Source: an uncultured beta proteobacterium
GTDB taxonomy: Bacteria; Pseudomonadota; Gammaproteobacteria; Burkholderiales; SG8-39
Assembly: GCA_903859155.1 (NCBI GenBank)
Contig: CAIOLO010000107.1
Location: 3,177-67,176 of the forward strand
DNA length: 64,000 nucleotides
Reading direction: 5' to 3'
Made by a program: the position numbers and the translations under genes. Below the pieces are notes generated by a model. The model saw only the letters and a program-made list of their open reading frames with translations, was not told where the DNA came from and did no database searches. Below are positions 54,885-63,230 of this stretch, piece after piece (position 1 is the stretch's first letter; every line of letters starts with the position of its first letter).

Positions 54885-55826
54885 ATGCACGGATTCTGGC
54901 AGGGAAAGCGTGTGCTGATCAGCGGTGGCGCCGGCTTCATCGGCGCGCGTGTGGTGGAGGCCCTGCGGCAACGCGGGGTGGCCAATTCCGACCTTGTGGT
55001 CGTGCGATCACGGACCTGTGATCTGCGCTTGCCGGAAAACTGCAAGAAGGCGGTGCGTGACTGCAACGTGGTTATTCATCTGGCGGCGCCCACCGGTGGT
55101 ATCGCGTTCAGCCGGGCAAAGCCAGCCTCCCAGTATCGCGATTGCGCCTTGATCAACCTTCACATGCTGGAGGCGGCACGGGAGGCGGGAGTCGAGCAAT
55201 TCGTGTCCCTTGGCAATCTTCTGGCCTATCCAGCGGCGGCCGCCTCGCCATTGCGGGAAGATCAGCTCAACGACGGACCTGTCGCGAGCACCCATCTTGG
55301 GATCGGATTGGCCAAGCGGGAAATGGTCGCGCTCGCGGACATGTATTTCCATGAATTCTCGTTGAATGTCGTCAATGTCCTGTCGGCGAATGCCTACGGC
55401 CCGGGCGATCGTGTCGAGGCGCAGCACTCGCACGTGATACCCGCCACCATCGCAAAATGCTTCCGGGACGAAGACCTGATTGTCTGGGGTGACGGCTCGC
55501 CGACGCGCGATTTCCTCTATGTCGATGATATCGCCGAGGGCATTCTGCTCGCGGCGGAGCGCCTGGTTGCTCCGCGCTTTGTCAACCTGGCCTCCGGCGC
55601 CGAAGTGTCGATAGCGGATCTGGTGCGCCTGATTGCATCTCTGACCGGGTTTCGCCGCAGCATCGTGTTCGATGCATCCAAGGGCGGTGGCGATCCGAAG
55701 CGTGTCGCATCCACCGCCCTGGCGAGCGAATTGATTGGCTTTTCTCCCCGGGTACCGCTGGCCGAGGGGTTGGCCAGGACGATTGACTGGTACAAGAACC
55801 TGATTCTGAGGCCCGCTGCGCAGTGA
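54885..55826 (+). CDS. NAD-dependent epimerase/reductase, GDP-L-fucose synthase (Fcl/WcaG)-like
   Basis: I trimmed the start to the ATG (MHGFWQGKRVLISGGAGFIG). It is an extended SDR. NAYGPGDRVEAQHSHVIPATIAKC resembles the Fcl NLYGP.D......SHVIPA motif. The YxxxK region looks atypical (see findings). Confidence 0.65.
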   Translation: MHGFWQGKRVLISGGAGFIGARVVEALRQRGVANSDLVVVRSRTCDLRLPENCKKAVRDCNVVIHLAAPTGGIAFSRAKPASQYRDCALINLHMLEAAREAGVEQFVSLGNLLAYPAAAASPLREDQLNDGPVASTHLGIGLAKREMVALADMYFHEFSLNVVNVLSANAYGPGDRVEAQHSHVIPATIAKCFRDEDLIVWGDGSPTRDFLYVDDIAEGILLAAERLVAPRFVNLASGAEVSIADLVRLIASLTGFRRSIVFDASKGGGDPKRVASTALASELIGFSPRVPLAEGLARTIDWYKNLILRPAAQ

Positions 55827-56920
55827 CGAAAGCTATTGCGCAGATGGAGCCGCTCATCACCGAGGCAGATTGCCAGGCGGTGCAAAATTACATGAGGTCG
55901 GGGGGCTGGCTCACGGAATTCGAGCAGACCCGCTTGCTCGAAAAACGCATTTGCGACTTTACCGGCGCGCGCTATTGCGTCATGGCGCCCAGTGGAACCC
56001 TTGCCTTGTTCCTGGCAATGTCCGCGTGCGGCATCAGTCGGGAAGACGAAGTCATCGTCCCCGACCTCACCATGGCAGCAAGCGCCACGGCGGTCGCGCT
56101 TGCCGGCGGAAAAGTGGTGTTTGCCGATATCGACGCCGAGACACTGTGTCTGGACCTCGGGCGCGCGGAACAGCTGATTTCGTCCCGCACCAAGGCCGTC
56201 ATGTTTGTTTCTCTGAACGGACGCAGCCCTTTGGGGCTTGTCGATTTCGTGGCGCGATGCAACTCTCGCGGCGTCCGCGTCATCGAGGATGCCGCTCAGT
56301 CGCTGGGTTCGTTTTCCGCAGGACGTCATCTGGGCACGATCGGCGACTGCGGTTGCTTTTCATTCAGCTCGCAAAAAATTGTCACCACAGGGCAGGGTGG
56401 CGCCGTGGTCACCAATGACGAAGAGTTGAACCGCAAGATGCATTTATTGCGGGACTTCGGCAGGACCGAGGGCGGATCCGATCATTACCTGAGCGTAGGC
56501 TGGAATCTCAAATTCACCGACCTGCAGGCGGTGGTCGGCTTGTCGCAAATGGGCAGGCTGCCGGAAATGATGGACCGCAAGCGCCGCCTTTTTGAGCTCT
56601 ATCGAAAGCAACTTGCCGGCGTCAACGGAATATCGCTGCCCAGGACCGACACCGGTAGCGTGACACCATGGTTCATCGATGTGCTGGTCGATCCCGAAGA
56701 TAAACGGCCTCTGATGCAGCATTTGCGAAAAAACGGCGTCGGCAGCCGGGAGTTCTATCCGGCATTGCACGCGGAGCCGGCATTTGCGACCGGCGGGCGG
56801 TTTCCCGTTGCGGAGGAAATGTCTGCACGGGGTTTGTGGTTGCCTTCGTCACTGTGCCTTGAGGATGGACAGGTGATGAGAATTTGCGAATTGATGCGGC
56901 AATTCATTTTGAACCGATAA
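55823..56920 (+). CDS. DegT/DnrJ/EryC1/StrS family sugar aminotransferase
   Basis: 365 aa. The GTG overlaps the upstream stop (alternative ATG at MEPLITEAD). Carries MAPSGTLALFLA, VIEDAAQSLGS and the FSFSSQKIVTTGQGG PLP-lysine region. Confidence 0.85.
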   Translation: MTKAIAQMEPLITEADCQAVQNYMRSGGWLTEFEQTRLLEKRICDFTGARYCVMAPSGTLALFLAMSACGISREDEVIVPDLTMAASATAVALAGGKVVFADIDAETLCLDLGRAEQLISSRTKAVMFVSLNGRSPLGLVDFVARCNSRGVRVIEDAAQSLGSFSAGRHLGTIGDCGCFSFSSQKIVTTGQGGAVVTNDEELNRKMHLLRDFGRTEGGSDHYLSVGWNLKFTDLQAVVGLSQMGRLPEMMDRKRRLFELYRKQLAGVNGISLPRTDTGSVTPWFIDVLVDPEDKRPLMQHLRKNGVGSREFYPALHAEPAFATGGRFPVAEEMSARGLWLPSSLCLEDGQVMRICELMRQFILNR

Positions 56921-56972
56921 GGCTTCCGGGAACGTATGGAGGGGAAGCCGCGGTGTGTCTTTCTGCGGCCAA

Positions 56973-58010
56973 TCAGGGAGGGGCCGCTTTGAGAGTCTTG
57001 GTCTTGTACGACCGGACCGGCAATAGAGGATTCATCTTGATAAATTTCTGCGGATTGTTGGGGCACATTCCGCATACCGGTTCCGCGCCTCTGTTGAAGA
57101 ATTCGACAATCTCCTTGTCACTGCATCCCGGGCTCAAAGGCCGGTACTGGAGATAAGGCTGCCATTTTTCCGATAAGGCGTATTTGCGATCCTGCAATTG
57201 CAAATACGCAAGCGGCGCACATTTCCACAGGTGATCCTCAAATAGCTGGAAGCACTGTTGGCCGGTAATGCAATTGTCCCAACTGTTCTGCGGATTGTTG
57301 TCCTCGAAAGGCAGGATTTCGCCGCCAAAGCCGGTGTAGCCCCTGGTCCATTCGTGCAATGAATCATCGATATTCAGGGCAATTCCGTATTCCTTTTGCC
57401 ACTGGTCTGCGAGATCCAGCGCTTTGCGAATTTTCGCTTGATACTTTGGTGAAATGGAACCGTCACTGTGAATTGAAATGGATAGTCGGGTGTTGGTGTC
57501 CGACAGGGCTTGCGGAAGACCCGGGTGCAGGTGCAACAGCAGCCCATTGGTGACAACTTCCATTTCCGTTCTGGAATGCGGCCACATTTCCCTGGTCATA
57601 TAGACAATGTCAACCAGGTCCCGATGCAGGCACGGTTCCCCGCCCAGAATGGCGAAACGCTTCGGGAGCAATCTCTTGTTCCACAACGCCATGGATTTTT
57701 TAATATCCGTTAGCGGGATCGTTCCGGAATGCCTGTGGTTGGTGAAATGCAGGCACCCCTCGCAAGTCAGATTGCATTTGTGGGTTATATGAATTTCCAG
57801 GTGAGGTATCGAAATTCTAGAAGCATTGCCTGGAAATGAAGGGTGCTCCCTGATTGTTCGCGGCAGATGAATGCATGCGCGGAGCAGGCGTCCTGCAGGA
57901 GAGTTGCGCCAGGACGGCGGGAGGGCATTCCACGCGCTGCGCAGGATCTGAATCAAATACGACTCACGCGTCACAGGCAATGCCTTCCCGCCAACGGGCG
58001 AATTGCGCAT
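56973..58010 (-). CDS. radical SAM protein
   Basis: 345 aa. Has HKCNLTCEGC (CX3CX2C) followed by ILGGEPCLH, and a C-terminal Cys pair (VCGMCP). It is the last gene of the minus-strand fucosyltransferase operon. Confidence 0.7.
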   Translation of the reverse strand: MRNSPVGGKALPVTRESYLIQILRSAWNALPPSWRNSPAGRLLRACIHLPRTIREHPSFPGNASRISIPHLEIHITHKCNLTCEGCLHFTNHRHSGTIPLTDIKKSMALWNKRLLPKRFAILGGEPCLHRDLVDIVYMTREMWPHSRTEMEVVTNGLLLHLHPGLPQALSDTNTRLSISIHSDGSISPKYQAKIRKALDLADQWQKEYGIALNIDDSLHEWTRGYTGFGGEILPFEDNNPQNSWDNCITGQQCFQLFEDHLWKCAPLAYLQLQDRKYALSEKWQPYLQYRPLSPGCSDKEIVEFFNRGAEPVCGMCPNNPQKFIKMNPLLPVRSYKTKTLKAAPP

Positions 58011-58143
58011 TGCCGTTCCTGCGAATCATCGTGGCCTTGATCACATTCATTTCCCAATGTGCGAGAGAAGCGCCTAACGGCGAGCTTGATCGAGCACAAA
58101 AATAGCGCGAGTCTTGACGAGCAAATGACGTCGTCTGCAGCGC

Positions 58144-59097
58144 TCAGTGACGCTGATTGAGGAGAATAACCGGCAATTCCGGATTGAAATAGGTCGAGCA
58201 CAGGCTCAAACTCGAGGATGTTCTAATCAGAAAGCGGCATCGGGACAACAGCAGGCAATCGATAATGACATCCTCCCCCTTTTTGTAATTGTTCCCCATG
58301 ATGAAATCTATGGGACTGCCATCGACGGAGCGGTGGGTTTCCCAGCAAAGCACCTTGTCGGGAAAGGAAGTGGCCAGGTAGTCCACGAATGCCTGCTCGT
58401 CCGACGCCACGAATAACCTGTAATGATCGGTCTGGAGGGCGCCAATTGCATTGCGAACCGCGTCCAGAAGATCCTCGTAGGGTACGCGCGGCGCCTCCTT
58501 CCACTTGTCGGTGCCGCGGTAGTGAATTCCAATGAGATAAAAGTCTTCGAAATGCTCGCTAACGAATGTGTCAACAATTTTATGAATATGCGGTTTGACG
58601 TGAATATGCCGAGTTATGAGTTCAAATGCTTTCGCTCGCGGCATATGTTCGCCCCGCGCTGCAAATCGATATTGCTGGCCAATATCGATCTTGCGTTTCG
58701 CCGCATCTGAATCGCGCCCGATATCGACAGTTTCAAAATAATATTCCCACGAGTTGCTGCCGAACGCAGCATCGTAATACAGGCCCCGATTTTCAAAATC
58801 CACCCGTACCCCGGCAATGACATCGCCAAAGTTTTCGAAATGCTCGAGCAAACCCAAAATCACGGTGAATTGGGCATAAAACCCGTCTATCTCGCCACCT
58901 TCCCCGCAATTCATTATCAGAACCGCTTTGCGCGACAATTTGAATCTGACCAGAATCCGCCAGGTCATAAACGCGAGAGATCGAAGTGCGTCCCTGCAGG
59001 CATCTTCGACCGGACCCAAATCCCGGTAAATGCGGCCAATCGCACGGCGCATTCTGCGAGTGAGCGACGGTGCCGGCGCTTCGCCTGTTTCTCTCAT
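58144..59097 (-). CDS. GT23/NodZ-like (alpha-1,6-type) fucosyltransferase paralog 1
   Basis: 317 aa. Carries the three fucosyltransferase motifs IGIHYRGTDKW, LFVASDEQAFVDY and IIDCLLLSRCRFLIRTSSSLS. Compare FUT8/NodZ GVHVRRTDK, YLATDD and D..LS..DFLV.TFSS. Confidence 0.7.
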   Translation of the reverse strand: MRETGEAPAPSLTRRMRRAIGRIYRDLGPVEDACRDALRSLAFMTWRILVRFKLSRKAVLIMNCGEGGEIDGFYAQFTVILGLLEHFENFGDVIAGVRVDFENRGLYYDAAFGSNSWEYYFETVDIGRDSDAAKRKIDIGQQYRFAARGEHMPRAKAFELITRHIHVKPHIHKIVDTFVSEHFEDFYLIGIHYRGTDKWKEAPRVPYEDLLDAVRNAIGALQTDHYRLFVASDEQAFVDYLATSFPDKVLCWETHRSVDGSPIDFIMGNNYKKGEDVIIDCLLLSRCRFLIRTSSSLSLCSTYFNPELPVILLNQRH

Positions 59098-59154
59098 TTA
59101 CCTGAAGCCCGAGGCTTAATCTTGGGGGAATAGGCGGTCCGAAGCGGTTGACGC

Positions 59155-60111
59155 TCAGTAAGGGTGATTGAGCAGGACAACAGGAAGCGCCGGATTGAAA
59201 AATGTCGAAAACAAACCCAAGTGCGAGGATGTCCTGATGAGGAGGTGGCAGCGTGACAGTAATACGCAATCGATCACCACATCCTTCCCCTTCTTGTAGT
59301 TGTTTTCCATTCGAAAATCGATGGGCTTGCCGTCGACGGCACGCTGCGTCTCCCAGATTATCACTCTGTCGGGAAAGGCACTTGTCATGAAATCAACGAA
59401 CGCCTGCTCATCAGAGGCGACAAACAATCGATATTGACCTGCATCGATGGCGCCAATTGCAGCGCAGGCCGCGGTGCGAACATCTTCATAGGAAACACGG
59501 GGTGCCTCGGTCCATTTGTCGGTGCCCCGGTAGTGAATGCCTATGACGTGAAAGCCTTCGAAATACGCGCGCACGAATGAATCGATCTTCTTCAGAATAG
59601 GCGGCTTGATGTGGATATATCTCTCTATGAGATCCAATGCCCGCGATCTGGGCATGTGTTCGCCTCGTGTTGCGAACTGCTCTTCCTGGAAGATTGTGGT
59701 CGTCCGTTCGTCTGCATTGGTTTGTCGGCCAATATCCACGGGTTGAAAAAAGTACTCCCACGAATTGTTGCCGTGTGCGGCATCGTAATACAGGCCGCGA
59801 TCCTCAAAATCAACCCTCACCCCGGCAAGCACATTCCCCCATTTTTCAAAATGCTCAAGCAGGCCCAGAATTACGGTTAATTGCGCATAAAAGCCTTCCT
59901 CCTCTCTGCCTTCGCCGCAATTGAATACGAGAATCTCCTTTTTCGACAACTTGAGCCGGACAAGGAGCGTCCAAGACAGAAATGCCAGCAAGCGAAGCGC
60001 GTCGCCGCAGGCCTCTTCAATGGGGCCCAGACGCCGGTAGATCCGCCCGATGGCGCTTCGTACTCTGCGCGCCGGCGAGGTTTCGGAAATCAAATCGACT
60101 GATTCGCCCAT
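59155..60111 (-). CDS. GT23/NodZ-like fucosyltransferase paralog 2
   Basis: 318 aa. By eye it is the closest paralog to 58144..59097 (GFYAQLTVILGLLEHFEKWGNVLAGVRVDFEDRGLYYDAA). Motifs are IGIHYRGTDKW, LFVASDEQAFVDF and VIDCVLLSRCHLLIRTSSHLG. Confidence 0.7.
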   Translation of the reverse strand: MGESVDLISETSPARRVRSAIGRIYRRLGPIEEACGDALRLLAFLSWTLLVRLKLSKKEILVFNCGEGREEEGFYAQLTVILGLLEHFEKWGNVLAGVRVDFEDRGLYYDAAHGNNSWEYFFQPVDIGRQTNADERTTTIFQEEQFATRGEHMPRSRALDLIERYIHIKPPILKKIDSFVRAYFEGFHVIGIHYRGTDKWTEAPRVSYEDVRTAACAAIGAIDAGQYRLFVASDEQAFVDFMTSAFPDRVIIWETQRAVDGKPIDFRMENNYKKGKDVVIDCVLLSRCHLLIRTSSHLGLFSTFFNPALPVVLLNHPY

Positions 60112-61073
60112 TAGATTCTATTGAGCAGGAGTTGCGGAATTGCAGGATTAAAAAAGGTCGCGCATAACCCCAGGTTCGATTCGGTTCTGATCAACAGGTT
60201 GCATCGGGATAAGAGGAGGCAATCAATGATGGCCTCCTCGCCATTGCGGTAGTTGTTTTCATCACTGTCATGTACGCGTGTGCCATCGGTGGAGCGAATC
60301 GCATCGCAGCTACAGGCTAACTGCGGGAAGTTGCCGCGAACACAATCGACAAAAGCCTGTTCATCCGTTGCCACGAATATCCGGATCTTCCCGGCTTTGG
60401 CATTATTAATCGCCGTTTGAACCGAGGCGCAGACGGTTTCATAGGGTATTCGGGGTGCCTCCTTTACCTTGTCGGTGCCCCGGTAGTGAATGCCAATGAC
60501 GAGGTGGTCGTTGAAATGGGTTTGTACAAACGCTTCAACCTTCGCAGCAACCTGCGGCTTGACGCGAATATAACGATTGATTAGCGTCGCCCCCGTTTTA
60601 CGCGACAGCGTGTTTTCCGCTCTATGGGCAAAAGTGTCATGCTGTCGGGCTGTTATTGGTTTGCTAGCGGCGCTTTCGGCGGATCCGATGGCGAACGGTT
60701 CGAAGTAATAGGACCACCAATTGGAGCCGTATGCCGGGTCAAAGTATAGGCCCTGATCCTTGAAGTCGACGCCAATTCCGGAATACAGAGATTGCCATTT
60801 GTCGTAGTGTTCCAGCATTCCCAGGACGGAACCGAATTCCGCGAACAGGCCTGCGGCGTCTGTTCCCCCTGGGCAGGTGAAGACCAGAAATGGCCTGTTC
60901 AGTGGAAATCCCGCTTTTACCAGGGCGAGACGGGTGCAGCGCCAGGCAAGCAGGAATCCGGCCTTTATTTTGTGCAATATGACACCGGGTATGCCATAGA
61001 AGTGGTCCAGGTAATAAGCGAATCCTGATAGCGGCACCATGGCTTCTGCAGCGTAGGGATTTTGAGGTTTCAT
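60111..61073 (-). CDS. GT23/NodZ-like fucosyltransferase paralog 3
   Basis: I trimmed the start to the ATG (MKPQNPYAAE), 2 nt after the upstream stop. The track ORF would otherwise overlap the upstream gene by 94 nt. Motifs are IGIHYRGTDKV, IFVATDEQAFVDC and IIDCLLLSRCNLLIRTESNLG. Confidence 0.65.
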   Translation of the reverse strand: MKPQNPYAAEAMVPLSGFAYYLDHFYGIPGVILHKIKAGFLLAWRCTRLALVKAGFPLNRPFLVFTCPGGTDAAGLFAEFGSVLGMLEHYDKWQSLYSGIGVDFKDQGLYFDPAYGSNWWSYYFEPFAIGSAESAASKPITARQHDTFAHRAENTLSRKTGATLINRYIRVKPQVAAKVEAFVQTHFNDHLVIGIHYRGTDKVKEAPRIPYETVCASVQTAINNAKAGKIRIFVATDEQAFVDCVRGNFPQLACSCDAIRSTDGTRVHDSDENNYRNGEEAIIDCLLLSRCNLLIRTESNLGLCATFFNPAIPQLLLNRI

Positions 61074-61075
61074 GC

Positions 61076-62005
61076 CTATCGAGATGTCAAAAGAGTGGTC
61101 GGCAGCAAGGGGTTGAAGATACTCGCGCAAAGCCCCAAATGTGACTGGGTTCGGATCAGGAAGTGGCAACGCGACAACAACAGGCAGTCAATGACGGCCT
61201 CCTCGCCCCTCTGGTGTGCATCGGCGTTCAGCCCATGCGTCGGTTTCCCATTGCTTGAGCGAAATATCTTGCAATAAATCAATTGGTCCATAAAGCGATT
61301 CAGCATGCAATCCAGAAAAGCCTGCTCATCGGTCGCCAGAAACAGTCGGATGTTTTGCGTGCCCAGTGCCGCAAGTTTTTCGGTTACCACGGCTAGCACA
61401 TTGTCATACGAAACTCGGGCAGCTTCCACCGACTTGTCGGTGCCGCGATAATGAATCCCGATAACGTACGCGCCGTGAAAATGGTCGTGCACAAACGCAT
61501 CGACTTTGCGCTGGATATGCGGCCTGACGCGGATGTATTGGCTGATCAATCGATGACCGCGCTCGCGGGTCATTTTTCCTGCTGATCGCACCGAGAATTG
61601 AACGTGCTGATAATTGTCTATTACTTTGCGGACGGCATCCTTGTTGCTGCCGACGATACGGATTGGTTCAAAATAATACTCCCACCAGTTTTCGCCCACT
61701 GCCCGGTCATAATACAAGCCGCGATCTTTGAAATCGACTATCACCCCAACGTATTGGTTTTGCCAGGTCTCGTAGTGTTCCAGTGTTCCCAATACCGCCG
61801 CAAATTCGGCGAAGAGTCCTGCAGGATAGGGCCCTGCGTTGTCGAGCAGCAGGACTTCCTTGGGCAATGACAGCGCCGAACGCAGGGAAAGGCGGGCAGT
61901 TCGCCGCAGCAGCGACCAGGCAAGCCCGAGATGGTGCTCTGCAACGCCCAACCACCGCCACAAATACCGCAGACCACTGCGTGCCGGTCTGGAAATGAAA
62001 TTCAT
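61076..62005 (-). CDS. GT23/NodZ-like fucosyltransferase paralog 4
   Basis: I trimmed the start to the ATG (MNFISRPARSGLRYLWR), by analogy with the paralog N-termini. The 134 codons upstream in ORF 61076..62407 have no paralog counterpart. Motifs are IGIHYRGTDKS, LFLATDEQAFLDC and VIDCLLLSRCHFLIRTQSHLG. Confidence 0.65.
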   Translation of the reverse strand: MNFISRPARSGLRYLWRWLGVAEHHLGLAWSLLRRTARLSLRSALSLPKEVLLLDNAGPYPAGLFAEFAAVLGTLEHYETWQNQYVGVIVDFKDRGLYYDRAVGENWWEYYFEPIRIVGSNKDAVRKVIDNYQHVQFSVRSAGKMTRERGHRLISQYIRVRPHIQRKVDAFVHDHFHGAYVIGIHYRGTDKSVEAARVSYDNVLAVVTEKLAALGTQNIRLFLATDEQAFLDCMLNRFMDQLIYCKIFRSSNGKPTHGLNADAHQRGEEAVIDCLLLSRCHFLIRTQSHLGLCASIFNPLLPTTLLTSR

Positions 62006-62126
62006 GTTGGAGTGTCCGGCAATCGCAAAAGTGTCCCTGCGAAAGTCTATCCCGAATAGACCCGTGGGTAGATGCATTTTGTAGGCGGAGCAACTCCAGT
62101 GTGTCGCAGGGCCCGGCGGGCAACGG

Positions 62127-63182
62127 ATGCATTGCGAATCGATTGCGAATCGTTCCATTGCAATGACGGCTGCTATGAATGTAGGATGCGTGATGCGTTG
62201 TCCGCGGCTCGATGAGCTACCTTCTCCGCCCGCCGGAAGTACCGGCTGGCCATGGCGAATTGAAACACCCCCACTTGACGATGTCATGCCCGATGGCGTC
62301 CGGTGGCCGGCGATAAGCATCGTTGTGGCGTCGCTCAACCAAAGCCGATATATCGAGGAGATGATTCGCTCAATCCTGCTCCAGGGGTATCCGGAACTGG
62401 AACTCATTCTGATCGATGGTGGAAGCGATCAGGAGACGCTGGATATCATCGCAAAGTACCAACAATGGTTCTCCTACTGGGTCAGCGAATCCGATCGGGG
62501 CCAATCTCATGCATTCAACAAGGGGTTGGTGCGTGCGACCGGCGCGCTTTTCAACATATTCAGTACTGATGACCTTTTCCTGCCTGGAATTCTGGGGCTG
62601 GTTGCGCAAGCACATGCGAAACATCCCGGAAATATGATTGTTGGCGATGTGATTTTTACGTGGGAGGGCAGTACCAGGAGCGAGGTCCATCGTCCCGAAG
62701 AATCGGATCTGCACGCGTACGCTCAGTGGTGGACCATGGAGCATCATGCTCAACCTGGCGTGTTCTACCCCAGAGATCTCCTTGCCGGGGTGGGTTACCT
62801 CGACGAAGACCTGCACTATTCGATGGACTATGAATTTACCCTGCGCTATTTGGCGCATGCAAAGATGTCGGTGCTGAGGTTCCCGGTCGCCGTGATACGG
62901 AACCACGCGGAATGCAAATCGGTGAAGAATGGGGACTATTGCGTCTGGGAGTGCATGCAGATCTCAAAAACCTACCAGCGCATGTTTCCTGATATCAATG
63001 CTCAGGCAAACCGTCACGCCGCGGGGGTTCTCTTTGGTTTTGGATTCCGCCGGCTGCTCTACGGACAGGGAGACGCATGGAGGTTCATGAAGGAAGGTTT
63101 GCAAAGGCATCCCCTGTGGGCGATCTACTGGCTGCTTCCGGGATGGTTCCTGCGGAAATGGTCGAAGTTGAAAGCCACGTGA
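62127..63182 (+). CDS. family 2 glycosyltransferase (start uncertain: 62127-62193)
   Basis: Carries ISIVVASLNQSRYIEEMIRSILLQGYPELELILIDGGSDQETL, SESDRGQSHAFNKG and FSTDDLFLPG, a GT2 (WcaA-like) pattern. It is divergent from the fucosyltransferase operon. Confidence 0.8.
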   Translation: MHCESIANRSIAMTAAMNVGCVMRCPRLDELPSPPAGSTGWPWRIETPPLDDVMPDGVRWPAISIVVASLNQSRYIEEMIRSILLQGYPELELILIDGGSDQETLDIIAKYQQWFSYWVSESDRGQSHAFNKGLVRATGALFNIFSTDDLFLPGILGLVAQAHAKHPGNMIVGDVIFTWEGSTRSEVHRPEESDLHAYAQWWTMEHHAQPGVFYPRDLLAGVGYLDEDLHYSMDYEFTLRYLAHAKMSVLRFPVAVIRNHAECKSVKNGDYCVWECMQISKTYQRMFPDINAQANRHAAGVLFGFGFRRLLYGQGDAWRFMKEGLQRHPLWAIYWLLPGWFLRKWSKLKAT

Positions 63183-63230
63183 CATGTTTGCCATGTGCAA
63201 AACCTTCGAGTCAGCTGGGCTGAGGGTAGT

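Noticed and set aside
62006-62407. The N-terminal 134-codon extension of ORF 61076..62407.
   Set aside because: It has no counterpart in the three paralogs. It overlaps the divergent GT2 gene region and is Ser/Gly/Pro-rich. The internal ATG at 62005 gives a paralog-length protein.
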